A stretch of 63,434 nt of DNA, filler included, from Folioceros fuciformis (GCA_049999805.1; 22 parts of 22 records of this genome joined end to end with filler, not necessarily neighbours in it); one strand, 5' to 3'. Positions 12,650 through 24,314 are shown, counted from the whole stretch's first letter. Notes: generated from the letters alone by a model not told the origin. Translations and numbers: made by a program.

Positions 12650-13749
12650 ACCTACCATGGGCACTTGCCCAGAAACTTACCTTCCACATGCCTCCCTTCG
12701 AACTATTCTGAACAAGAAGAAACCAAGTTAGACTTTCCTAGACCGATTACCAAACTTTTCCTTTCCACACCTTGTCCCTCCTATTTCCACATGCATATGG
12801 ATAGTCAGGTTAAGCACACGGTCCCCATTCACATAGAAGCCGAGAACATGAGTTTCCTCATCCAGATGCTGTAATACAATCTGGCCTCCTGCTGCAGATG
12901 AGGTACTTACCCCCTCCTCCGGTGGGCTACCTCGAACTGCCCGTCTTCTGCTCTCCAGGGGTACTGGGGAATCTTCTACCCCTCCGCCCGCCGCTGTTGT
13001 CAGTCCTGTCCTCCTAGCACGAGTCGCCATCTCCGCTCTTCCGGTTGCGGGCTCCATGATCGTCGTTGCTTCCTCTACCCAGTAGGGCTGTCCTCTATTG
13101 GCATGGGTTCCATCTGACCGGTAGCAGCTTCGGCTACCTCAATCACAGATCGGTTGTTCCGTCTAGCCTTCCCTTTCCCTTTTACCCGGCTTCGGGCCTC
13201 ATCCTATTCCTGTTTATATCGGTCTGCCAGCTTATGGACCTTCTCCACTGCAGCCGCCTCCTGCTCATGTGCCCTCAACAATTCCTGTTGCATTTCCTGG
13301 TTAGCCTCATGGACTGCCTTGACCTGGGTCAGAAGTAGCTCTTGCTAATCCTTCATGGCCTGTATTTCTTCCCAAGCCCGGCGTATTTCCTCCTACGCCT
13401 ATTCCTTCGCTTCACACAAGGCTTGCTGAGCTTCCTCCAGTTGCCTCTGCCTCGCTTCTGCTTTCGTCAGCTTGGCCTGCACCTCCTCCTCTTTCTTCCC
13501 TTGCATGCTCAGCCAAGTCACCGCCCGTGCAGCTTGGTCCAGCATGTCTGCCTGTGCCCAGACCATGGCCGCTGTCAGGCTTGGTAAATCCACCTATTGG
13601 GGTGTGTCTCTAGTAGCCATTCCTCTATCCAAGATTCCCCTTCCCAGCAGTGTGCGCACCCTAGCCAGATCCTCCTCCTGCAATCTCGCCACCAAGGGAG
13701 TGGCCCTGAAAAGCTCCTCCCACCCCGGGAAGTGTTCTTCCCCTGGGGT
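12650..13749 (-). mobile_element. Diverged copy of the retrotransposon accessory ORF-X (C-terminal half), decayed
   Basis: DLPSLTAAMVWAQADMLDQAARAVTWLSMQ and GSPPEEGVSTS..GQIVLQ..VLGFYVNGDRVLNL..GGTR align with the copies at 25421-27228, 38281-40844, 47754-49885 and 50689-52262. Confidence 0.8.
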
Positions 13750-13849
13750 NNNNNNNNNNNNNNNNNNNNNNNNNNNNNNNNNNNNNNNNNNNNTTAATTA
13801 ATTAANNNNNNNNNNNNNNNNNNNNNNNNNNNNNNNNNNNNNNNNNNNN

Positions 13850-14620
13850 CACACCATCCCCTCCTAGCCTGAAGGCATAAGATTGCGGTGTGCTCATTAG
13901 AGTTGGCCATGCCCTTCTGGCTTCTCCTACTCAATTCACAAGATAAAATGGCAACTTGTCCATCCGCTTCACCTGTTGTGAGCACCTGTCCAACTCAAGG
14001 ATGTCGTCCACGACCTTCTCCTACGAAATCATCAAATTCCTATGTTGCCTAAGCACCTCTAATCTAGCCACATTTGTCCAATAACTGCGAAGCTTGTGTG
14101 CATATGAGCCACACTACACTGCGTTCATGATTAACTCGTTGCCGAACCATGACCGAATCTCCTCATACAGAGACCTGACAGCTGGACGTTTGTCCATGGC
14201 TGCACACACATTCACCAAAATGTACCAGCATCGTGGATTCGCAATCTCGACTTCTCGCACAATTTGTGCAAGCTCAGCAGCCAACAAAATGCCTTCACCT
14301 TTGTCTTTGCTTGTTGTCGAAAATGTCTTGCATTCCCATCCTAGGACCAATATATCCACCGGACTCAACAAGGCTTCTAGCTGCTGCTTGCCCACCAGGT
14401 TCATGTCTGTGGGCAGCCTGCTATGGCAACCTCAAACTACTTCCTCGCTCAACAGCATTGGGTACTGCTTACAAGACCTAAGAATTTGGCTGCTAGCCAC
14501 AGCCCGAGCCTTCTCGTCCTTCTCCACGTAGGTACATTTGCGTACCTTGACGCCACACTACAACACCGCTTCCAGGCCACTACCGATTCCTAAGTAGAGC
14601 TCCAACAGATGGATGCCTTC
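13850..14620 (-). mobile_element. C5 cytosine methyltransferase domain (motifs I-VIII plus variable region) inside a Ty3 polyprotein, decayed
   Basis: Single frame with stops: GIHLLELYLGIGSGLEAVL (I), YVEKD (II), VDILVLGWECKTFS (IV), WYILVNV (VI, ENV with one substitution), NAV*CGSYAHKLRSYWTN (VIII). Same frame as the upstream protease. Confidence 0.85.
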
Positions 14621-17162
14621 AGCACCCACCTTCCATCATACTAGAGCATCATTGATGCGTTGATCTTCTGCCTTGGCAGGCCTCACATTTGGGATCAACC
14701 TCTCAAGACATGTGTCTATAAGATTCCACAGTCAATTCTCCTTCCTTCCCTGGTTTTTTCGAACCCTAGCTTCATCCAAATACTCTGAACGCACAACCTT
14801 CAGCACACACTTCTGCTCTCTTGGCTTCAGCATGTCCAGAGAGGATAACTCTTGCGTTTCCTCCCACACCTCATGTTGATGCTCACTCTGAGCATTGTGG
14901 GCAATCACGGCGCTACCTGTCATTCTTATCCTGCTCTTCCCACCACTCCTGTTCATCCTTAGGGGAATTCATGCAACATGCGTGAAATCTCCTCTCCACC
15001 AGAAGGGTCTGTAGAAGGCTTCTGCGTGCAAGGGATCAACTCCCATAGCAGGACAATGAGTTCCAGCCGACCCTAGCAAGACATCATATGTCTTTGCACT
15101 GGTGACCAAACATCTCACTTTAACAATGCTGGCGTCCTTCGTGCCAGGCTTCAACTCAATCTTCACGGGCTTCCTCGTCATTCCCAGCACCTGTTCCTTG
15201 GTGCTTGTAGAGGTGGTGATGTTCACATCGCTCAGAACGAGCTTGTGCGCTTCAGTGCTTCCTGCCCTCGTGCTCCCTATATCTACTAGGACGTTTACTG
15301 GAGCATAACCATCAAAGTTATGTGCCTCCTAGTGTTATCAATGATGGCAACACCTCCTTCACCTCGCTCCTCTAGCATTAGGTGATCTCCACACAACTTG
15401 GCCATGCGAGGAACAGATCCTACGGATTCAAGCTCCTTCCTCAACCATTCTCACATGATGTTCTTGAAGTTGTTGCCCTTCACACCCGGATCCATGATAC
15501 TTACTGTAGGCACCTCCATGGCCTTGTCCAGCAACACCTCAATGTCTCGACCTGGTCTTGACACCTTCTGTGTTGTGGAGTCCTCTTCGGCCTGGCAGAA
15601 ACTCTCCGGCATCTTGGTCAATTCCCGCTCTAGCACTTCCTTCGTAGTGACGCCTTCACGAAAGTCCACAACAACCTTTTTCTTCTTCTTTTGCACTACC
15701 ATCATGCCAAATGCCCCATCTTCATCAGAGTCAGAGAACAAAATTTTTTTGCCCTGCATTCGGGTGATGAGGAGCACTCCCCGAGCAAAGTCCAGAGGGC
15801 TAGACTCAGGGCCGGTCTTTTTCTCTCCCGAGTGCGGTACACATGCTTTGTAAGTACGTAGGCAGGGGTCCCCTTAGTATTGTAAGAGACCATCACTATT
15901 AATCAGAATCCTTTTCTTCACGAAAAAAATAAAATAAAAAATTTGCCCTGTCCTGCTGGCCATGTTGGCCATCTCCTTCTTGAGCTACTCCACCTGCTCG
16001 AGAAGAGCCTTGCGACTTGGGCGCTTGCTCTTCTCCTTCTCAGCAGATGCAAGCTTGGGCTTCAGCTCTGGGTGAGCTTCCCAACACGCTGCCTCCATGT
16101 GACCCCATCCGCCACAAGACTTATAAGCTTCCTTGCTCTTCGGACTACCTGGCTTGTAGTCGCACTCAAACACCTTGTGCACTCCACGGCATTTGCCACA
16201 CTTCACAGCTGCTTGGCCTGCATTATTAGCTGGCCTCTCCTTCGGCACATGTGGCTGCTTGCCATGTCCTGAGGACTGTGCCTACTCTCGATACTGGTGT
16301 CTTGGGACAAACCTAGAATTCCCGTGTCCTCCAGACCCGTGGTGCAAAGGGGTCTTCACGACTCCGTGATCCTCCAAGTAAGCCTGGCTTACTGCATCAC
16401 CTTTGAGCATCTTCTCAACAATCTGGTAAGCTTCTATCAACTAGTACTTCTCTCCCATCACTCCATGTAGCGAGTCCATCACCTTCCTTCTCTCTGCCTA
16501 GCAGGCAATGCTCCCTTGAAGATCTCGGTGGCCTCCCTCATTGTCTTGACACCCGTGTCTTCTACCGGAACCTTCAATATGAGGTAAGACGCATGCGATG
16601 TCTGGTTAGGCTGAAAGAAAAGCTCGATAGTTCTTGGACCTTTTCCAGCGAAGCTATAGGAAACATGATGGTTAGCTTGGTGAACATCAAGTCCATTAGA
16701 TGCTTGAGCTTTTCTTCGTCAGTGGGGGTGTTCTCAAACCAGCCTTCTTGGCTGCCTCGTGCACTGCCTTTCTTCTCTCGGCCACCTTTAGGATCTCAGC
16801 CTTCTCATCTCTGTAATACATCAAAGCCTCATCATCATGAATGCCATCCTCTGAGTGAACTCATCCTTGTATTTCATCTTGCTTTCTGTCATTGCCCAAC
16901 GGAACTTCTCCTCGAAATCTGCAAGAGATATGCTTCCATGTTTTCCTATGAAGACATCGTTCTTACTTGGTGTGAACTCAAGCTCCATTTTTGTGGACTC
17001 TCTGCTCCAATCCCTGAATTGTCTCCTTGTGACTTGTGCGTCGTCTCTGTGTTGTTCCGGTGTCCTCTTGAATGGTGAGTAGTAGACGTCGTGCACTTCT
17101 GCGACTGAGGACGGTGCAGGTGTCCTCTCGTTAGTCCACCTTGACCTCAGGAATACCATCAA
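14621..17162 (-). mobile_element. gag (two zinc knuckles), aspartic protease and linker of the DNMT-bearing Ty3 element
   Basis: CGKCRGVHKVFEC and (C>Y)KSCGGWGHMEAAC near 16085-16200. Protease VLVDIGS (DTG with ACA>ATA) near 15280 and YDVLLG near 15080. Confidence 0.75.
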
Positions 17163-18056
17163 TGGTTACCTCTCTTATGAATGACAACTAAGTTGCTTGT
17201 AATCAATGGCAGAATTCCTATCCATTAGAAAATATCAGCCTATGACTTAGCACTGTCTTCTGCAACACCCAACCTTCTTGGGTCGCAGCTGTCTCTTGGG
17301 TTTGATGGTGGACGACTTTCACCTCTTCCTCCAATCTCCAGCGCGCCACAGTCTGCTCCAGTACCGTATCCTTGTTCCCAACAAGGTGGATTGCTGATGT
17401 GGTGAAATCAAGATGGAAAATTCTCCCAACTTGGCAATGCAACAGACCACAAGAACCTCCAGGAGACAAAGACACAGCAGGGACGAAGTATGGCTATCTA
17501 TTAGAATAAGATAAACATCAACAATCTGAGAATCCATGGCTGGGTAGCCCACATATATAGGCAAAATCCCTAAGAACTCTCCATGAAGTGCCTCCTCGCA
17601 CGGATGGTGGGCACTTTATAATCTTACTTCTCCTTGGTTGGCCTTTGGTCTATTACCAAATAATAAACAACTAAACAGCCTACTTTGTCCTTTTCTTATT
17701 TTATCATTTTTATATTTGTTTTAGAATATCTCCGCAATGGTTCACATGTGCCTTGGCGTTGCTCCTCACATGCATCCAACACACATGGTTCACATCCACC
17801 ATGACACATACATTCTCTCTCTAAGCATGTCACATGCATCCTTCATCTTCACATGCACACATGCATACATGGCACACACCCATGCATACATGTCATGTGT
17901 AGGCCATCCATGGGCCATTTACATGGCATCATCAAGCACTTTAACATCAAGCTTGTGCCCAAGATGCTCTAGTCCGTATCCAATCATAGAGTCTCAGGTG
18001 CTCTATTCTTCATATAGCAACACCATGACATATCCCCTTTAAAGTGAGGGTAACCA
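17163..18056 (-). mobile_element. Putative 5' LTR (894 bp) of the DNMT-bearing element
   Basis: Bounded by the inverted termini TGGTTACC...GGTAACCA. CCTATATATG TATA-like box on the minus strand near 17555. No TSD; the gag-like ORF starts immediately downstream. Confidence 0.65.
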
Positions 18057-18187
18057 TTTGGTGCTTTTTCGAAACTTGCTTGCTTACTGCCGATCGTTGG
18101 GACGGCCCTGTTGGTGGCTACAGGGGAGGAGTGGTGAAGACAAATGCAACGTTGGCGCCCCCCACAAAAGCCAACATATATTCTTTC

Positions 18188-18401
18188 AGTGCGATTATGC
18201 GCAAGGTGTGTGGAGTGAAATTGGCAAGTAGATTTAAATGCTCCTCCCCGAGCGTAATCTCATGGTCACAGAGCAAACAGCCCTATTCGGGCTAGTGCGA
18301 TTATGCACAAGGTGTCTGGAGTGAAGTTGGCAGTTAGATTTAGAGGCTCCTCCCTAAACGCAACCTCATGGTCACAGAGCAAATAGCCCTATTCGGGCTA
18401 G
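18188..18401 (+). repeat. About 106-bp tandem duplication
   Basis: AGTGCGATTATGC.CAAGGTGT..TCATGGTCACAGAGCAAA.AGCCCTATTCGGGCTAG occurs twice. Confidence 0.85.
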
Positions 18402-19157
18402 ACAATGCTTGGAGAGGGCCATTGCTCTAGAGTCAATGGTGGAGGGTGGTGTGGTCCTTCTCACTCTTTTCCCTTTGGCTGAACGAGATGTCGATGGTTT
18501 ATGGAGAGAGAGACCAGGTGTCAAGTAAGCTCTGCTATGGCATATCTGGGAACAGGNNNNNNNNNNNNNNNNNNNNNNNNNNNNNNNNNNNNNNNNNNNN
18601 TTAATTAATTAANNNNNNNNNNNNNNNNNNNNNNNNNNNNNNNNNNNNNNNNNNNNCGGGCTGGCGCACTAGAGCCCCTGAGCGGGGCGCCCTGGCTGGC
18701 CTGGCCGGCAGCGGAACAGCATGGCGTCCCTGGCCAGACTGGTGCCCCGACGGGTGCCCTCGCAAGCACCTTGGCAGGTGCCTCCCCCTGGCCGGGGCAT
18801 GGCATGCACCCCCTGGGGGGTTGGCGGGATGGCCGCCTGAGCCCACCTGCGCCCTACAGTCTCGGCGTCCCCCGGCACCTTGCCCCGGGGCCTGGCGGCG
18901 CCCTCCTAGTGCCCTGGCGGCCTGTCCGCTGCAGCTACCCACGCCCTCCGACACCCTTCTGCGCCCGTTCTCGGGTAGCACCCCGAGCTGCGGGGTGGCA
19001 CAGCGGCACCCTCCTCAATGCTCATCAGTGTTCCTCGTTGTTAGGCTGTGCACACCGCCATGTGCGCGAACAAGGTAACAGCGCCCTGACCAGGCTTCGC
19101 AGCCCACTCCTGCATACCACACGCCTTGTTGCTCCACAAACCAAGCTCCACAACCTA

Positions 19158-19443
19158 GCTCTGATACCACTTGAAGGATCGCTAGAAGGAGCTACATGGT
19201 GAAGGAGGAGAGGAGGAGAAAGAGAGGTCACACTTTCACAATAGAGTCTCAATACCAAGGGAGCTCAAGGGGGTATTTATACCCTCTAGAAGAGCTCCCT
19301 AGGAAGCTTCACAAGAAGTGCACAGGAAGCTGCGCAAGAAGCTTCCTACAGATTAGCTTAAGCTAATCTAAACTAATGATACTTAACTAGACACTAATCT
19401 TAAACTAAATAGTCTAATCACATTGGGCTTTAATAACCCTACA
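19158..19443 (-). mobile_element. 5' LTR (family E, 272 bp, 19172-19443) plus tRNA-iMet PBS of a copia-type element
   Basis: On the minus strand TGTAGGG...CCTTCA, then AG, then TGGTATCAGAGC. The same LTR family occurs at 46160-46499 next to a copia RNase H. Confidence 0.88.
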
Positions 19444-19449
19444 CATGAG

Positions 19450-20310
19450 ATGTTGGGATCATGTACATCCATCAAAGCAAGTACATCAATGAGATCCTAC
19501 TGAAGTTTCATCTCGATCAAGCCAGACCTGCCACCACTCCATATGCGGTGGGCACCAAGCTGACCCGCAAACAGAGCCCACATATACTTGATGAGTTGAA
19601 AGACATGGAATGCGTACCTTACAGGCATTCCGTCGGCAACCTGATCTTCGTCGCCAATTGGACCAGGCCTGATATATAGTACTCAGTCAGTACTACGCCA
19701 CAATTCTTGGACTACCCAAGGAGAGCGCATTGGATAGCAGTAAAAAGGATCTTCCGCTACCTCAAGGGTACAGCACACTACGGCCTAATGTACCAAAGAA
19801 GCGGAAAACAACAGCTCAACTTATCTGGCTACTCAGACGCAGACTAGGCGTTCGACTCCAACTCTAGACGTAGCATCTCATCCTACTGCTTCTTGCTTGC
19901 ATCCGCAGCTGTCACCTAGAGTAGCAAGAAATAGGTTACCATTGCTCTCAGCTCCACGGAAGCCGAATACAAGTCACTAACGGAAGCAGCTAAAGAGGCA
20001 GAATGGGAGAGAGGGTTTTTATCTGACCTTGGGCACCCGTAGATCAACCTGACTCCTATCCTGTGCAACAATACCTCAGCCCTAGAGCTAGTAGCAAGGT
20101 CGACTTTTCACGCCAGAACAAAACACATAGAGATACAACACCACTAGATACGAGATGTGGTGTCCAGAGGTATCATCAAGGTTAGGTACACTAGCACACA
20201 GGCAAAGATGGCGGACATATTCACTAAAGGCTTGCCAAAGCACGCCCACTATCTGCACATGAGAGAGCTAGGCCTAGGAGACTTCTTCGCCTATCTTGAA
20301 CCATAATAAG
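19450..20310 (+). mobile_element. Ty1/copia RT C-terminus and RNase H, decayed
   Basis: HQSKYINEIL, PYRHSVGNL, TRPDI, AVKRIFRYLKG, GYSDAD*A, LSSTEAEY, RTKHIE, ADIFTKGL; several TAG stops. Confidence 0.92.
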
Positions 20311-20362
20311 ACATGGCCGTTGAGAAGGGGAAGCTCAGGATACCGCCGGCTGTTCAGCTCCC

Positions 20363-20909
20363 TGTGGAGGCAAAACCCCGGGCACTGATTGCCGACAAGT
20401 TCCACCTTTAGTGGCCACACTTATCCCACTGTCGTTGAGACATTGGGTTTCGTTCCCACCAAGGAGCGATGGGGTTCCTTGCTGCTGTGGATGGAGGGTC
20501 CGACTTGATCGACTCGATGATGGATTCGAGGGCTCCCCTCCAGCTCTGATTAGGCGTAGGACAGGCCTCGCTGTCCGGTGGTCAGCTGCACCTCTCTCGG
20601 TGCCCACAAACTCACTCCAGTCACTACAACGACTCTAACCTCTCAGATCTGCGACTTCCTTCACACACTTCACTCACTCTCTCACTCCAGCACCAACACC
20701 AACAACTACCAGCAACCAGCAACAACACCACTACCTTCTACACTTCCCTACAGACTCCTCCTACCCGGCAAGAGTCACTAGACTAACCCCAAACAAAAGG
20801 AAGAAGGGAACACACTCCCCTCTTGGGTATCTCCTCCCCACAACCTTACCAGACGCCATGAGACATGGCCGGCCTACAGCACTTGACCAAGCAAGGAACA
20901 AGAGTGGAC
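20363..20909 (-). mobile_element. LTR family A copy
   Basis: Starts TGTGGAGGCAAAACCCCGGG; near-identical to the other copies. Confidence 0.9.
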
Positions 20910-21868
20910 NNNNNNNNNNNNNNNNNNNNNNNNNNNNNNNNNNNNNNNNNNNNTTAATTAATTAANNNNNNNNNNNNNNNNNNNNNNNNNNNNNNNNNNN
21001 NNNNNNNNNGGGGGCGCGAGATGCAGCGCGTCGGTTCACATCTGGATTGCCTCACCTGCCTGCTCTCGATTGTTGCTACTCCCTTGCAGCGGAAGGATCT
21101 AGTAAAGGCTGTCCAATCCTGATGAAGTAGGTAAGCCCTCCAAAACTTGGCTGAGAAGTTTTGCAATCTGATGGGCGCTGGTGCAGGTTTTATCAATTTT
21201 TGTAAAGTAATGCAGAGCTCGCGATGCACACACAAAGCATAGTTTTTATTAAGCAAGTAATGCCTACATATATGTCCAACCGCTGTGAAACGGTTATAAC
21301 TGAAATTAAACCTATTAAGTAATCTACTTGGTATAACCTAATGTTACATAATATATATCGTATTATTTAACAATTTTTGGGGATTCACCACTTCGAGGAT
21401 TCGGAGCACGGCCTTGGGTGTTGATCCTAGAGGAAGCTTGAAAAGACAACAAGCTGGACATTAATCTTTCCACACGGCTGAGGGTGTTTTGTGACCTGTC
21501 CAGAATCTTCCTCAGCCCCTTCAAAGAATTGATGTCAAATTTGTACTTGCGCCTTGCAGGTGCTTCGCGCACTGTGGGATGTTGCACCACGTTACATACG
21601 TGGCTCACAGGGGCGCAATGACCGCAGACGTAGTGCGCGTCGGAGGGGCCTCCACGCTGCGTAGGTAGAGACCAACGCAAATTGGGGAGGGTTTGCCATC
21701 GGGCGCCTACGCTTCTCGGGGTGCGCGCAGCCTCAAAGGAGAGATGCGCTGTATGACCAGATAGTTGACCTTCAGCAAAGGGTTCCCTGAAGGGCCTACA
21801 TCCGTATCTGCCCCTAGAAGATGCGCGTCTCGGCATGATTCCAGAATTCCTCTAGGTGCATCAGCATG

Positions 21869-22102
21869 GCTTTGATACCATGTGAGAGATGTGATCTAGG
21901 GAGTAGAATACAAATTAAATACTTTTGTTCACATGAGAATGTCTTGCAATAATGATAAATGCCATCAACCACCCTTATTAAATAACTGCCTACTTGTCAT
22001 GCGAAACGGTCTACCATCCACGCCGTTCCGACGGCCGCATCGTTTCAGCTGGGTTTAATTAACATATTATTTTTATGCCTAAATGCATTATATATCCTGA
22101 CA
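21869..22102 (-). mobile_element. Short LTR (about 21881-22102) with tRNA-iMet PBS
   Basis: GCTTTGATACCA (reverse complement TGGTATCAAAGC) abuts TGTGAG; candidate other end ...CCTGACA. Confidence 0.55.
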
Positions 22103-22199
22103 ATTGAGACCCATCCTAATCCCCTTCAAAGAATATTATATAGAAAACCTCATTCATGTATATAAACACCCTTGCAAATTTATCGTGTGGTTAAGTGGA

Positions 22200-22370
22200 C
22201 TTATGGTACGAGAGAATGGATTCTTATCTCAAGAAGTTGGGGTTCATCCAAGGTGAAGCAAATACTAACATCTATGTACTTCGTTAGGATAGCTCACTTG
22301 TACTTGTTGCCCTATATGTCGATGACTTAGTCATTCCAGGCAATAATGTTGATTTGGTCAACAAGATAAA
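22200..22370 (+). mobile_element. Ty1/copia RT fragment
   Basis: WYERMDSYLKKLGF..IYV..ALYVDDLVI. Confidence 0.8.
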
Positions 22371-23232
22371 ATGGTGCACACACATAAGAGAGCTCTGAGA
22401 AAATATTGCTTGGTAATTGATAAAATGAGTGGGATAGAATGTTACCTTTCCTTACAATGGTTTATAGGATGAGTAGACAAGTGTCTTTGGGGAAAGTTTT
22501 CACCTTACATGTTATTGTTTGGATGAAGGCCACATTTGTCTAGGATGGCAGCAAACAAGGTGGACACTGTTGTGAAGTTGGATGACCCCAATCAATGGTT
22601 AAAGATAATCAGGCATAGAGCAGAGTTGTTTAAGAGGGTTATGCCTATGGCGATGGATAACTTGTTGATAGCTCAACATAGGGATGAGTTGAGATATAGG
22701 AAAACAAGGAGTGGTCATTTCAAACCTAAAATGAAATTTGAAATAGGGGATTATGTGTACTTGCAGAGAAAGACGTTGACAACTATTGACACAAGTGCTA
22801 GTTGGATAATATTGAGGGTGAGGAGTGTGAAGCCAAATGGAGTCTTGGAGCTTGAAGGGAGGGATGGTACAACTTGTTTGGAACACATGAAAAACTGTGC
22901 ACTGTGTCATTTGCCTCACTTGAACCGGGCGATTAATGTTCAAGCTTTCATACCAAGGGATTTGCTTATACGGGATGTGGAGATCCGAGTAGTAATCAAT
23001 GCATGTTGTTATGTGATAGATGCAATGATGGATGGCACATCCTCTATTTGGAACCGCCATTAGAGGCGATGCTTGATGGACAGTGGTTTTGTCCAATGTG
23101 TGTGACAATTGATACATTGTAAGAAGAACATTATATTTTGATTGAGGTAGATTGAGGATGATGTGTGTAATACATTTTATGAGCATTTTTGTTTTGCCAA
23201 CAAAAGTTGGGCAGTAAATTAAGGGGGGGAGG
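22371..23232 (+). mobile_element. Ty3 integrase C-terminus with a PHD finger, followed by a PPT
   Basis: KRALRKYCL, FSPY.LLFG, NLLIAQHRDELRY..FEIGDYVYL..LRV..GVLELEGRDG..NCALCHLP. An alternative frame at 23003-23105 gives MLLCDRCNDGWHILYLEPPLEAMLDGQWFCPMC (PHD). PPT AAGGGGGGGAGG precedes TGGTGACCCT at 23233. Confidence 0.85.
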
Positions 23233-23425
23233 TGGTGACCCTAAGATGTATTATGTTTCACTCATCGAGGGAGAGGGAGCAGAGAAGCTGCTCCTTGAAG
23301 TGAATCGATCTCGTGTGAAGTGAGCCACCAAAGAGTGGAATGATGACCAGTAGCCTTGGTGTGCACGACGGGGAAGAAGCACTCAAGGGGAGGCATCTAC
23401 GTATTGCTAGTTATGATCACCCACT

Positions 23426-24130
23426 CACATATCCAGCAGCCAACACAGCCTCTAAACTAGATGCAATCCCAGCAAACAGCTCAACCATGACCAATCCATA
23501 CACAGATGAACTCAAAGTTACAAGTCTATTACAAATAGGTTAAAGTTTACAAATTGCTTCCATTGTACAAGGTTGAATCTTATGATCTAGCTAAAACTCA
23601 GTCTGTCATTTTTCAAGCTCTCTAAGAATTTCAGCTAATGCTCTACCAATACTTGCTCTCATTGAATCCTCCTCCAGTTTGATGTTACTACACTCTTTAA
23701 AGCACAACTTACACATATGACTCATAATCCACAATCTATCCTCTTCATCTTGTCCTTCTAGGGAAGTCGCCATATTTACTATGCATGCATCTTGCCCATC
23801 CTCTTGCAACTGCAACTTGAGCGGAATTGTTGTAAAGTTCATCCCATCTCATTGTCGCCAACTTGCACGATATTAAAACTCCTTTGTCCACAAATCCACC
23901 CCTCCTTCTGGCATAAGCAAGCTTCTGTTCCTAAGATAACATCAAAGTTTCCAGATTTAACAATTAAACACTTTATACCAATTGTAGTCTCTTCCTTTGT
24001 GCAAGGCTGAAGACATACTTGCAGTTTTCCTTAGTCTCCCCCATCATTGCCTTCAGACCCCCATTGGCCATTCTAATTTTCCATCTTGTTTCTTGTATAT
24101 CTCCTCTTCTCAGCCCTAGGAATGACTATG
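23426..24130 (-). mobile_element. Third DNMT-bearing Ty3 fragment: protease C-terminus, linker and DNMT motif I
   Basis: LQPCTKEETTIGIKCLIVKSGNFDVILG..GVDLWTKEF*YRASW aligns with the protease at 14969-15226. GLVMVELFAGIASSLEAVLAAG (23497-23432) is in frame with ORF 23606..23842. Confidence 0.78.
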
Positions 24131-24314
24131 ACGTTTAAGGAACAAACCCAGTAAGTCTCACTGCAACGACTAATCAGGAGTGGTACCTCGAGGTATGCAC
24201 CTAGACCACAGCATNNNNNNNNNNNNNNNNNNNNNNNNNNNNNNNNNNNNNNNNNNNNTTAATTAATTAANNNNNNNNNNNNNNNNNNNNNNNNNNNNNN
24301 NNNNNNNNNNNNNN

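Noticed and set aside
10896-18056. The two longer DNMT contigs as halves of one element
   Set aside because: They overlap in the variable region but are very divergent there, and they are separated by spacers and an unrelated contig.
18657-19150. GC-rich overlapping ORFs
   Set aside because: Open in several frames because of GC content; this is the leader region downstream of a PBS.
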